A stretch of DNA of 44,896 nucleotides from Gammaproteobacteria bacterium (GTDB lineage: Bacteria > Pseudomonadota > Gammaproteobacteria > Steroidobacterales > Steroidobacteraceae), in the NCBI GenBank assembly GCA_020029545.1, contig JAIBJL010000024.1, positions 1-44,896 on the forward strand, given 5' to 3'. Below are positions 1 through 10,272 of this stretch, in pieces. The translations under genes and the position numbers were made by a program. The stretch's first letter is position 1; each line of letters opens with the position of its first letter. The notes beneath the pieces are model-generated. The model did not search any database. It was not told where the DNA came from and saw only the letters and a list, made by a program, of their open reading frames with translations.

Positions 1-251
1 TCCATCGAGAAGGGTGGCGCCGAGGTGCGCGCACCGCCTGGACCACCGAAGCCCTGACCACGAAATACCTGCAGCAAGTTGGTACCGAGCTTCTGGATGT
101 CTGCCTGGATCTGCGCGGTCGCGCCGTCGCCAATCGTGACCATCGTGATGACCGCGGCGACGCCGATCACGATGCCCAGAATCGTCAACGAGGAACGCAG
201 CACATTGCGACGTACCTCGCGTAGTGCCAGCAGAATCGCGTTCCAGAACAT
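1..251 (-). CDS. ABC transporter permease, MacB/FtsX family (N-terminal part; runs off the window edge)
   Basis: Manual translation from ATG at 251: [43 protein letters not shown], the typical MacB-permease N-terminus; abuts the stop of the upstream ATPase. Confidence 0.9.
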   Translation of the reverse strand, partial: MFWNAILLALREVRRNVLRSSLTILGIVIGVAAVITMVTIGDGATAQIQADIQKLGTNLLQVFRGQGFGGPGGARTSAPPFSM

Positions 252-998
252 TCAATGGCCTCCACGGACCGGCTCATTCGCCAGGTCGGATTCGATGCTG
301 CCGTCGTGAAAACGTACGATGCGCCGCGTCCATGCAGCGATGTCGGGTTCATGCGTCACCATGGCGATCGTGATGCCGCGCTGCTCGTTCAGCGCAGTTA
401 ACAGGCGCATGATTTCGAAGCTCGTGACGCTATCAAGATTGCCTGTCGGTTCGTCGGCAAACAGTACGCGCGGCTGCGTTACGATGGCGCGCGCGATGGC
501 GACGCGCTGTTGCTGTCCGCCGGACAGTTCGCTTGGCACATGATGCTCGCGGCCCGACAGGCCGACTTCCTGGAGTGCACGACGGGCCCGCTCATGGCGC
601 TCGGCGGCCGGAATATGCCGATAGATCATCGGCAGTTCGACATTCTCCAGGGCGGTCGTGCGGCTCAGCAGATTGAAGCCCTGAAACACGAAGCCCAGAT
701 AGTTTCGTCGTAGCAAGGCGCGCTGATCGGCGCTCATGGAACCGACCGATACGCCGAGAAAGCGGTATTCGCCGTGGGTGGGTGTGTCGAGACAGCCAAG
801 CAGGTTCATGCAGGTGGACTTGCCCGAACCACTGGGCCCCATGACCGCAATGAATTCACCGGCCTCGATGCGCAGGTCGATACCGCGTAACGCGCGTACC
901 TGCGCCTCACCCTTGCCATAGATCTTGCTGACCTGCGATAGCTCGATGACCGCCTGCCCGACGGTGGGTTGCGTTGCGGCCGGCGGCATGCGCGTCAT
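252..998 (-). CDS. ABC transporter ATP-binding protein (MacB/LolD family)
   Basis: Walker A GPSGSGKST, signature LSGGQQQRV, Walker B and D-loop LFADEPTGNLD, H-loop VTHE. Confidence 0.95.
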   Translation of the reverse strand: MTRMPPAATQPTVGQAVIELSQVSKIYGKGEAQVRALRGIDLRIEAGEFIAVMGPSGSGKSTCMNLLGCLDTPTHGEYRFLGVSVGSMSADQRALLRRNYLGFVFQGFNLLSRTTALENVELPMIYRHIPAAERHERARRALQEVGLSGREHHVPSELSGGQQQRVAIARAIVTQPRVLFADEPTGNLDSVTSFEIMRLLTALNEQRGITIAMVTHEPDIAAWTRRIVRFHDGSIESDLANEPVRGGH

Positions 999-2425
999 TT
1001 CTTGACCGGCGTTACGGCATCGACGATGACCGGCGTGCCGGCATCCAGCTTGCGTGCCCGGGCTTGCTCCATGCGTGCGGCGGCTTCCGGCGGCAGGCGA
1101 TTCGATGGCGGCATTTTCATCGTATCCAGCGGCAGTATCTGAGTATTGCGTCCATCGGTGGCGCCTGGCTTGAACATCGCCATGGCAGGTTTGCCGTTTT
1201 CGAGAATCCAGGCGCGTGCCACGCGTCGCCCGCCCGCTCCTTGTTGTCCGCCGCCCGCGCTGGCAAATCGAGGAGGCCCCATCCGCGGCATGATTGCAGA
1301 CAGGGCGCCGCCGCTGTTCGGCGGCGCCATTCCCATCCCCTCGCCTTCCGGCGTGAAACGCAGCGCCGCATTGGGAATCAGCAACGCATCGCTGATGCTG
1401 GTCGTCACGATCTCCGCCGTTGCCGTCATCCCAGGACGCAGCAACAGTTCGGAATTGTCGACTTCCAGCACGGTTTCGTAGGTCACGACACCGGTGGAGG
1501 TGGCGCTGGCGGCCGAGCTGGTCGATGAACTGGTCGACTTCTGGGTATTGTTCGAAGCGAAATGCACCTGCGTGATGCGGGCTGAGAAGCGGCGGTTAGG
1601 GAACGCATCGACGGTGAATGTCGCGTTCTGCCCCACCTCCACCGAACCCACGTCGGCTTCGTCGACAGAAACGTGCAGCTCCATTTTCTTCAGGTCTTCG
1701 GCCAGCGTAAACAGCACCGGCGCCTGCAGCGATGCCGCCACGGTCTGGCCCAGTTCCACCGAACGCACTAGCACGACGCCATTGATCGGTGAAGTGATCT
1801 TCGTCTTGCTCAGGTCGGTGCGCACCGCATCGAGGCTGGCACGCGCCTGCGCGACGGCTGCCTTCGCTGCCGCAGTATCTCCATCGGCCCGGGCGAGCGT
1901 CGCCTCAGCCACATCCATGTCCTGCTGCGACGGCACCTTGTTGCCGCTGAGTTCGCGAACTTTCAGCAGCCGCTGATAGTTGGCGCGCGACTCCCTGGCG
2001 CTCGCTTCGCTTTGCAACACGCGGGCTTCTGCCGACGCCAGCGAACTCTGCGCCTGCAGCACCTGCGCATTCAGCCGACTGGTATCGAGAACGGCCAGCA
2101 CCTGGCCAGCTTTCACCTCATCGTTGACGTCGACATTCACCTGGCGCAGCGTGCCCGACAGCTCGCTGCCGATATCCACCTGGTTGCGTGGTTCGAGATT
2201 GCCGGTCGCCGTTACCGTCACGGTGATATCACCGCGCTTCACCGGCTGCGTTGTGTAGGTCGTGGCCGTGACGCCGTCGCGCCCGAACCAGAAATACAGC
2301 ACCGCCGCAGCGATGAGCGCGATCACGACCCATTTGATCGCGCGTCGCCAGGGCGCCAATGCCGATGCGCCCTGCAAGTTCAGCGTGCTGGCGACGTCCT
2401 GCGGGGTTCTGGTTTCGGTATCCAT
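995..2425 (-). CDS. Efflux periplasmic adaptor (MacA-like membrane fusion protein)
   Basis: N-terminal TM anchor, ATGNLEP, GSELSG, SPINGVV, VDEADVG and LRPGMTA motifs; start moved to ATG 2425 (MDTETRT) to avoid overlap with the upstream gene. Confidence 0.92.
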   Translation of the reverse strand: MDTETRTPQDVASTLNLQGASALAPWRRAIKWVVIALIAAAVLYFWFGRDGVTATTYTTQPVKRGDITVTVTATGNLEPRNQVDIGSELSGTLRQVNVDVNDEVKAGQVLAVLDTSRLNAQVLQAQSSLASAEARVLQSEASARESRANYQRLLKVRELSGNKVPSQQDMDVAEATLARADGDTAAAKAAVAQARASLDAVRTDLSKTKITSPINGVVLVRSVELGQTVAASLQAPVLFTLAEDLKKMELHVSVDEADVGSVEVGQNATFTVDAFPNRRFSARITQVHFASNNTQKSTSSSTSSAASATSTGVVTYETVLEVDNSELLLRPGMTATAEIVTTSISDALLIPNAALRFTPEGEGMGMAPPNSGGALSAIMPRMGPPRFASAGGGQQGAGGRRVARAWILENGKPAMAMFKPGATDGRNTQILPLDTMKMPPSNRLPPEAAARMEQARARKLDAGTPVIVDAVTPVKK

Positions 2426-2444
2426 AGTGATATCAATTTGCTGT

Positions 2445-3902
2445 TCAGGGCGTGCCGGCAGCAGCCGTCGTGGATGCCGGGAACACCGACCAGCCACCGC
2501 CGAACGCTTTGTAGAGCCGGATGAGATTCGATGCGACTTCGCCATCGCTCACGGCGAGAGCATCTTCCGTGGAAATCAGCTGCCGATCGGCGGTCAGGAC
2601 GGTCTGGAAATCGACCAGGCCTGCGTTGTATTGCGCGAGCGCAAGCTCGCGGGCAATGCGCGCGCTACTGGCGGATTCGGCCAGTGCCGTGCGACGCGTC
2701 TGTTCATTGACCCATTGCGTGAGACCGTTCTCGACTTCTTCGAACACACCGAGCACGGTCGCTTCGTAGCTGGCGATCGCCTGATCGACCAGTGCGTTCT
2801 GCGCCTTGATGTTCTGACGCAACGCCCCGCCGCGAAAGATCGGGATGCTGAGACCCACGCCGAGACGGTTGGTCTGCAGGCCATCCGACAACAATTTGCT
2901 GCCGCTGGAGGAAGTGACGCCTACCGAGCCGCTCAATGTCAGGCTCGGATACAACGCGGCCGTCGCCACGCCAACCTGTGCTGTTTGCGCAGCGACGCGC
3001 CGTTCGGCAGCGCGTACATCCGGACGCCGGCGCACGACATCGGCCGGCACGCTGGAAACGAACTCCAGCGGCACGACGGGCAGCGGCTTGGGCTCTCCCA
3101 AACTACGTTGCAAGGCGCCGGGCTGCTGCCCGGTCAACACGGCGAGTCGATTCAGCGCCGCCTGAATCGCAGACTCCAGCGACGGCAGTGTCGCACGTGT
3201 CTGGGCATAGCTCGATCTGGCCTGCTCCACGTCAAGTGTGGTCGCAAGGCCGGCAGTCGCACGCCAGCCGGCGATATCCAGCACTTCGCGCTGCGATGCC
3301 AGGTTGCGTTCCGCGAAGGCGAGTCGCGCCTGTGTAGTGCGCACCTCCACGTAAGACAACGCCACATCGCCCAGCAGCGTCACGAGGACGTCGCGCAACT
3401 CGGCCTCAGTCGCAACCAGCTGCGCGGTTGACGACTCAAGCGAACGGCGCTGTCCACCGAACAGGTCGATCTCCCAACCTGCATCGATACTGGCGCTGTA
3501 ACTCTCGCGACTGGTCGAAAAACTTGCGGGGTTTTCGCTGAGTCCCTGCGTAGTGTCGCTGTCACTCCGGCTCGCGCTGGCGGACCCATCGAGGGAGGGG
3601 AATAGTCCCGCCGCCGTTATGCCGCGACGCGCCCGGGCTTCGACCACGCTCGCGACCGCCTGACGTACCGACCGATTGTCGCTGAGTGCCCGCTCGATCA
3701 GCTGGTTGAGCTGCGGGTCATTGAAGCTTTGCCACCAGCTGGCCAGTGTGGCCGAATCCCCGCCTTCATCGCGTGCGCCGACCCCAGGCGGCGATGACCA
3801 GCTTGCCGGTACCGGAAACTCCGGCGGGTGATAGTCCGGACCGACAGCGCAGGCGCTCAGCGCCGCGGCGGCAACCAGGGTCCCGACTCTGAAACATCGC
3901 AT
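2445..3902 (-). CDS. Outer membrane efflux lipoprotein (NodT/OprM/TolC family)
   Basis: Lipobox LSAC followed by AVGPDY; WWQSFNDPQL, WEIDLFG, RRPDVRAAE, LYKAFGGGW motifs. Confidence 0.95.
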   Translation of the reverse strand: MRCFRVGTLVAAAALSACAVGPDYHPPEFPVPASWSSPPGVGARDEGGDSATLASWWQSFNDPQLNQLIERALSDNRSVRQAVASVVEARARRGITAAGLFPSLDGSASASRSDSDTTQGLSENPASFSTSRESYSASIDAGWEIDLFGGQRRSLESSTAQLVATEAELRDVLVTLLGDVALSYVEVRTTQARLAFAERNLASQREVLDIAGWRATAGLATTLDVEQARSSYAQTRATLPSLESAIQAALNRLAVLTGQQPGALQRSLGEPKPLPVVPLEFVSSVPADVVRRRPDVRAAERRVAAQTAQVGVATAALYPSLTLSGSVGVTSSSGSKLLSDGLQTNRLGVGLSIPIFRGGALRQNIKAQNALVDQAIASYEATVLGVFEEVENGLTQWVNEQTRRTALAESASSARIARELALAQYNAGLVDFQTVLTADRQLISTEDALAVSDGEVASNLIRLYKAFGGGWSVFPASTTAAAGTP

Positions 3903-3986
3903 ACTGGGCTTCTTGCAGGGCGCTCAAGGACAGTGACGTCACTGGCCCTGCGTGGTCAGAGCCCGATCAACACCTTAGTGCGGCGC

Positions 3987-4039
3987 ATAATGAACAAGTT
4001 CGCGACCTGGGGTCAAAAATAAGTGTTACGAGAAGTAAC
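3987..4039 (-). promoter_or_regulatory. Putative sigma70 promoter of the efflux operon with an upstream GTTAC-N5-GTAAC palindrome
   Basis: Minus strand TTGACC (4016-4011), 18 nt, CATTAT (3992-3987); palindrome at 4025-4039. Confidence 0.35.
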
Positions 4040-4099
4040 CATCTGTATCTGAAATTGCCGCGACTGGGTTCGGCAATCTTGCGTCGAAGCGCCCGTTGG

Positions 4100-4687
4100 C
4101 TACAGCGCCGAGACACTAGCGGTGCCGGCCGCAGCCGCCGCGTTGGCAGCGGCAACTCGCAGGAAAATCTGTGCGCCTCGCGTCGTCCCGTCACGGGCAG
4201 GCAGCAGGCTGGCAAATCGCATCGGATATTCGCCGGCCGCGGAAGGGGTCACGCAGATATCGTTCCGCTCCCGAGTCAACGTGAGCTTCTGCTTCTGATC
4301 CTGCCGAACCGAAATCGACAACGGGGCACTTTCCAACGCAGCTCCCTCATCGCCGTAAGCCTTGATATTCAGCGAGGACACACAGAGCCGTACTCCTGCG
4401 GTGATCTCGGTCACTGCCGGCGATACGTCGATGCGGGAAACCTTCACATTCTTCATGGAAAACGTCATGAGTTCCGAAGCCATGAATAAATGGCGCCCCG
4501 CACGTGGCGGCCGATCGCCGACATTGGCCTCCGCCTCGCCAACGACCACCCACACAATCTGAAAACTCTGCGCTGCGAGGCGCGCGCAGACGCAAGTCAT
4601 CAGTGCCGCGCCACATAGCATCACCAGCCAGGTCCTCGAGTGCCGGGATCTCACTTGCGTCCCATCATTAGTGCAAGACTGATTCAT
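4100..4687 (-). CDS. Hypothetical exported protein
   Basis: 3' part of the 444-aa ORF; signal-peptide-like segment (TWLVMLCGAALMTCVCARLAAQ) then a beta-rich domain; the 5' part of that ORF is only the antisense of leuA; start uncertain. Confidence 0.55.
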   Translation of the reverse strand: MNQSCTNDGTQVRSRHSRTWLVMLCGAALMTCVCARLAAQSFQIVWVVVGEAEANVGDRPPRAGRHLFMASELMTFSMKNVKVSRIDVSPAVTEITAGVRLCVSSLNIKAYGDEGAALESAPLSISVRQDQKQKLTLTRERNDICVTPSAAGEYPMRFASLLPARDGTTRGAQIFLRVAAANAAAAAGTASVSAL

Positions 4688-4828
4688 GCGAGACCAACCC
4701 ATTGGCGACCGGCAGGGTTCCGCCGTTTTACCTGCGCTTTCCCCTATTCCGCAGAGACTTACACAAGTCTTCGCGAGGTGACAATGATGGTTATACCGAG
4801 CATCGGCTTGCGCAGCGCGTCGATCTGC

Positions 4829-4837
4829 TGTTAGATT
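4829..4837 (+). promoter_or_regulatory. Extended -10 promoter (TGnTAGATT) for the leu leader/leuA transcript
   Basis: TG-T-TAGATT at 4829-4837, possible -35 TTGCGC at 4808-4813; the leader ATG begins 7 nt after the -10, which fits a leaderless start. Confidence 0.5.
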
Positions 4838-4843
4838 CGGCCC

Positions 4844-4924
4844 ATGCGCAACCACCAGCAACAACGAGCTCTGCCAATTCTCGGCGGCCGGCTGCTGGGT
4901 GCGCGCCTGCACCTGCGCCGCTAG
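4844..4924 (+). CDS. Putative leucine leader peptide MRNHQQQRALPILGGRLLGARLHLRR
   Basis: 26-codon ORF upstream of leuA with 6 Leu codons in its last 17 codons; its stop lies in the 3' arm of a GGTGCGCGCCT/AGGCGCACGCACT hairpin. Confidence 0.65.
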   Translation: MRNHQQQRALPILGGRLLGARLHLRR

Positions 4925-5002
4925 GCGCACGCACTCTCTTCCCAGGCGCCAGGACGGCGCCCAATTAAGACCCAGTCTGATTGAATTCCGCTTCGAGCCT
5001 AA

Positions 5003-6754
<1,752 letters not shown>

Positions 6755-6792
6755 CCGCTAAGCACGGCTCAGCAGTCGGAGACGCTTCCGCA

Positions 6793-6821
6793 CTTCCCTT
6801 CCCCCTTCAGGGGAAGGGAAG
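6793..6821. terminator. Hairpin between convergent genes (terminator or REP-like palindrome)
   Basis: CTTCCCTTCCCC-cttca-GGGGAAGGGAAG perfect 12-bp stem; no U-tract. Confidence 0.45.
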
Positions 6822-6890
6822 ATGAGGGCAGCGGCTTCAGAACTCGTCAGCTGGACTTGAGCTAAGGACAGCGGATGCCCCCGGCAAGGG

Positions 6891-7181
6891 CTAGAGACTA
6901 TTCAGCACTTGGCGCTCGGCCATCAGCCAGTCATCTACCTCATTGCCTGGCGCGAAGTTACGTTCCGCGGCAATGTAATACGCCGCGGTGGCGATCATGA
7001 CGGTCAATTGCTCGGAACTGACCGCTACGCCGCTGCTCACCGGCATCGACCCATCTGACGAATCTGGTTTCTTGCGTGTGCGAATGGTTTTCGTCGCAGC
7101 AGCCGCTTTTTCTTTCGGAACAGAAGCAGGCGATTTGCTGCGAACACGTTTTGTGGTGGAAGTTGTCGGGGTAAGGTCCAT
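6891..7181 (-). CDS. DUF2934 domain protein
   Basis: Basic low-complexity N-terminus plus MIATAAYYIAAERNFAPGNEVDDWLMAE; GGAGGA 8 nt before the ATG. Confidence 0.88.
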   Translation of the reverse strand: MDLTPTTSTTKRVRSKSPASVPKEKAAAATKTIRTRKKPDSSDGSMPVSSGVAVSSEQLTVMIATAAYYIAAERNFAPGNEVDDWLMAERQVLNSL

Positions 7182-7215
7182 GAGCCATTTCCTCCATCAA
7201 AGTACATTGGTCACA

Positions 7216-7231
7216 AGCACGGACCATGCCA
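7216..7231 (-). promoter_or_regulatory. Putative sigma54 (-24/-12) promoter of the DUF2934 gene
   Basis: TGGCATGGTCCGTGCT on the minus strand with correct GG-N10-GC spacing, ~35 nt before the start. Confidence 0.55.
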
Positions 7232-7553
7232 GCGAGATCGGGATGAGATCATAAGGCAAGGGCGTGACAGCCCGATGAACCGACGTCCAGAATCCCGGGC
7301 AAACGTAGCCTCAAACGACGTTGTATCCGTCACTGGTCGTTGTCCGTCGGAAATAGCCGACATCTTCAGCGAATCAGGCGCATGCACAGGATGGTGCATA
7401 CGAGCCCGGAGCGCACACCCACAGTGCGCCAAAACTCAAACAAGGGAAAGACTGACTGATCGAGGCCATCCAATGCCGTTGTCCTGCGAAGTTCCTTCCG
7501 GACGAATGGTGCTTACTTAGCAGCGGGCGCCACAATGGACGCTACCAATAGGA

Positions 7554-7630
7554 CCTGGGGCGTGGGGCCCGGGTAGGAGACTCGAATGTGCCAGCGTGTA
7601 CCCTGGTCCGTTTCCTACCCACGCCCCAGG
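7554..7630. other. Long intergenic stem-loop of unknown function
   Basis: CCTGGGGCGTGGG pairs with CCCACGCCCCAGG, and GGGTAGGAGAC with GTTTCCTACCC; inner CCAG/CTGG stem. Confidence 0.5.
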
Positions 7631-7770
7631 CCCTTGCGCCAAGGCAGTCGGTTTGAGTCGAGTCACGGGGGCAAACATTTCTAAGTCAGCGCCATTGCCT
7701 TCCGGACCATTCCAGTGGATGCGCGGTAAAGAACCCGCGAGGCAGACCGGTGAACCGGATCAGCGATCCT

Positions 7771-7806
7771 GGCTCAATAGTGGGCTCAATGGTGGGCTCA
7801 ATGGTG
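7771..7806. repeat. Three tandem 12-bp units covering the slyD stop codon
   Basis: GGCTCAATAGTG GGCTCAATGGTG GGCTCAATGGTG. Confidence 0.85.
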
Positions 7807-8283
7807 ATGGTGCCCACCGGGACCGTGCACGTGGCCGTGCGCCAGCTCTTCTTCGCTGGGTGCCCGCACTTCGACGACTTCCACGTCGAAATTCAGGTTC
7901 TTGCCGGCCAGCGGATGATTCCCATCGACCGTCACCATGTCACCCGCAACACTGGTCACAGTGACCGATCGCGGACCCTGTTCCGACTGTACCTGGAACT
8001 GCATACCCGGTCGCACATCGGCAACGCCTTTGAAGGAGCGTCGTGGCACTCGCTGCACGAGTCCCTTGTCGTAATCACCATAGCCCTCGGCCGGCAAAAT
8101 TTTCACGCTGACCTTGTCGCCTGCCCGCTTGCCCTCGAGCGCGTTCTCAAGCCCGGGAACCAGGTTGCCATTGCCATGAATGTAGGCCAGCGGATCGCCA
8201 CCGTCGGAAGTATCAACGGTTGCTCCGGCGTCATCCTTGAGCGTGTAGTGAATGACGACGACAGTGTCCTGTGCAATCTGCAT
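7798..8283 (-). CDS. slyD: FKBP-type peptidyl-prolyl isomerase SlyD
   Basis: PLAYIHGNGNLVPGLENALEG, DGNHPLAGKNLNFDVEV, His-rich tail HGHVHGPGGHHHH. Confidence 0.96.
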   Translation of the reverse strand: MQIAQDTVVVIHYTLKDDAGATVDTSDGGDPLAYIHGNGNLVPGLENALEGKRAGDKVSVKILPAEGYGDYDKGLVQRVPRRSFKGVADVRPGMQFQVQSEQGPRSVTVTSVAGDMVTVDGNHPLAGKNLNFDVEVVEVRAPSEEELAHGHVHGPGGHHHH

Positions 8284-8409
8284 GAGCGAACCCTTGATCT
8301 ATGCGTGGCGGCAACCGACCTTACAGTTGCACTAAAGGACGGCATTATTGCCCATCGAAGGACGCGATTGGCAAAAAAACTCTTCCGTGTAACGGAATTC
8401 CGTCGGTCA

Positions 8410-8506
8410 ATAAAGCCTTCCCGTTCATGTCGACTGATAAGGTATATCTTATATTACGCATTTATAAGCCTTACCTACTATCTTGTAGTTATAAGCCACA
8501 GCTTCT
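8410..8506. promoter_or_regulatory. Array of putative HipB operators (ATAAG-N6-CTTAT-like) at 27-bp period
   Basis: ATAA(G/A) starts at 8410, 8437, 8464 and 8491; the 8437 copy is a perfect ATAAG-gtatat-CTTAT; AT-rich patch directly before hipB. Confidence 0.6.
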
Positions 8507-8509
8507 ACA

Positions 8510-8794
8510 ATGAAAGAGGTGGACACCCTGCATTTACACAGCCCCTCGCAGCTTTCCCTGCATCTGAAGTCACTACGCAAATCGCGCAAGCTGACTCAGG
8601 CCGACCTGGCCAAACGTTTACAGATCACGCAGGAACGCTACTCCCAAATCGAGCGCAATCCTGAACTGATCGCCACCGGACGGCTGCTCGAGATTCTCGC
8701 CGTCCTCGGCGTGGATGTGCAGCTCAAATTGCGCCCACCCGAGAGTGCTCGCACAGCCACGCCAACGCCGACGCGCCGAGGTGAGGATTGGTGA
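8510..8794 (+). CDS. hipB: HipB-like XRE/HTH antitoxin
   Basis: LKSLRKSRKLTQADLAKRLQITQERYSQIERNP helix-turn-helix; ends in W; GTGA overlap with hipA. Confidence 0.88.
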   Translation: MKEVDTLHLHSPSQLSLHLKSLRKSRKLTQADLAKRLQITQERYSQIERNPELIATGRLLEILAVLGVDVQLKLRPPESARTATPTPTRRGEDW

Positions 8795-10155
8795 GCACGC
8801 TCGGTGTGTGGATGAACGGCCGCTACGTCGGCGCCTGGCAGCAGGTGCGCGGGGGGCGGGACCGTTTCCGCTATGACAAAGGTTGGATCTCCGATCCGCA
8901 AAGTCGAGCTCTTTCGCTGTCATTGCCGATGACCTCCGATGCTGCGATCACGAGCGCTGCGGTCGGGTACTACTTCGACAACCTTCTGCCGGACAGTCAG
9001 GGAATTCGGGATCGACTTCAGGCGCGATTCCACACGCGCTCAGCGAACACGTTCGATCTGCTCGAAGCCATCGGGCGCGACTGCGTCGGCGCCGTGCAGC
9101 TGCTACCCGAAGGAGAGGCGCCCAAGGGCTGGGACACGCTCAATCTGCAGCGCCTGAAACCCAAAGAGGTCGAGGCGATTCTGCGGGCGGTACCGACGGT
9201 TTCAGCACCGCTCTTGAACGGCACCGATGAGGGGGATGATTTGCGCATCTCACTCGCCGGTGCGCAGGAGAAGACCGCGCTGACCAAGATCGGCCGACAT
9301 TGGTACAGGCCGTTGGGCTCTACGCCGACGACGCACATTCTGAAACTCCCGCTGGGACTGGTCGGCAACCGCAGACTCGATCTTTCGCATTCCGTCGACA
9401 ACGAGTGGCTGTGCGCAGCGTTGCTGAAAGAGCTTGGATTGTCAGTCTCGAACACGGACATGGGTCAATTCGGCGATCAGCGCGCACTCATTGTGGAGCG
9501 CTTCGATCGTCGCTGGCAGAACGTCGGTGACGGTGATCCGCGCGCGGCCAACTTCGAGCCGCTCAAGGACACATGGATCGCGCGGCTGCCTCAGGAAGAT
9601 TTCTGTCAGGTCTCCGGGCGTCCTCACACTGCAAAGTACGAGAACGAAGGGGGACCTTCGATGCGCGATATTCTGAATGAGCTCGCGCGCGCCGAGCACC
9701 CCGCTGCAGATCAGCAACACTTCATCCTGTCGCAGTTGGTATTCTGGATGCTCGCGGCGACCGATGGACACGCAAAAAACTTCTCGATCTACCACCGTCG
9801 CGGAGGTGGCTTCGGCCTGACGCCGCTCTACGACGTCTTGTCGACCTGGCCAGTGATCGGAAAGCGTGCCGATCAACTCGACATTCGCGAGCTGAAACTT
9901 GCGATGGCCCTTCGCGGCAAGAACGCCCACTACAGAATCGTTGAGATCCAGCCGCGACACTTCCAGGCACTCGCGGATAACTATGCGGGCGCAGAGGCCT
10001 GGCCGGCGATGATCGAACTGGCGGGTCGCGTCGAGGGGGCGATTAAGGCGGTGGAGAAGCGACTACCGAAGGGATTCGCGGAATCCGTATGGGCACCCAC
10101 GTCCAAAGGGATGCTTGAGCAGGCGAAGTCGTTTCTCTCTTATGCGAAAGCGTAA
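8791..10155 (+). CDS. hipA: HipA family Ser/Thr kinase toxin
   Basis: YFDNLLPD, GRDCVGAVQL, ISLAGAQEKTAL, THILKLP, RLPQEDFCQ, ATDGHAKNFS, LTPLYDV. Confidence 0.95.
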   Translation: MSTLGVWMNGRYVGAWQQVRGGRDRFRYDKGWISDPQSRALSLSLPMTSDAAITSAAVGYYFDNLLPDSQGIRDRLQARFHTRSANTFDLLEAIGRDCVGAVQLLPEGEAPKGWDTLNLQRLKPKEVEAILRAVPTVSAPLLNGTDEGDDLRISLAGAQEKTALTKIGRHWYRPLGSTPTTHILKLPLGLVGNRRLDLSHSVDNEWLCAALLKELGLSVSNTDMGQFGDQRALIVERFDRRWQNVGDGDPRAANFEPLKDTWIARLPQEDFCQVSGRPHTAKYENEGGPSMRDILNELARAEHPAADQQHFILSQLVFWMLAATDGHAKNFSIYHRRGGGFGLTPLYDVLSTWPVIGKRADQLDIRELKLAMALRGKNAHYRIVEIQPRHFQALADNYAGAEAWPAMIELAGRVEGAIKAVEKRLPKGFAESVWAPTSKGMLEQAKSFLSYAKA

Positions 10156-10272
10156 AGAGTCACCCCGCACGATGCGCAGGAGATCAATTCCAAAGAGTGG
10201 CGCACAGATCGTGACCCATCGAACGACAATTTGTCCGAGACGCGACTCTATTGTTCGTTTCTACTGGTCGCG

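Noticed and set aside
7488-7510. SRP RNA-like GTCCGGAAGGAA on the minus strand
   Set aside because: Flanking CAGG and GCAGC of helix 8 and the long stem are missing
7660-7712. c-di-GMP-I riboswitch-like GGCAAAC...GCC.TCCGG
   Set aside because: No GAAA-capped P2 stem or GACGCAAAG, and no downstream gene on that strand
10156-10272. Tn7 end at attTn7
   Set aside because: No terminal TGT with repeated TnsB sites discernible
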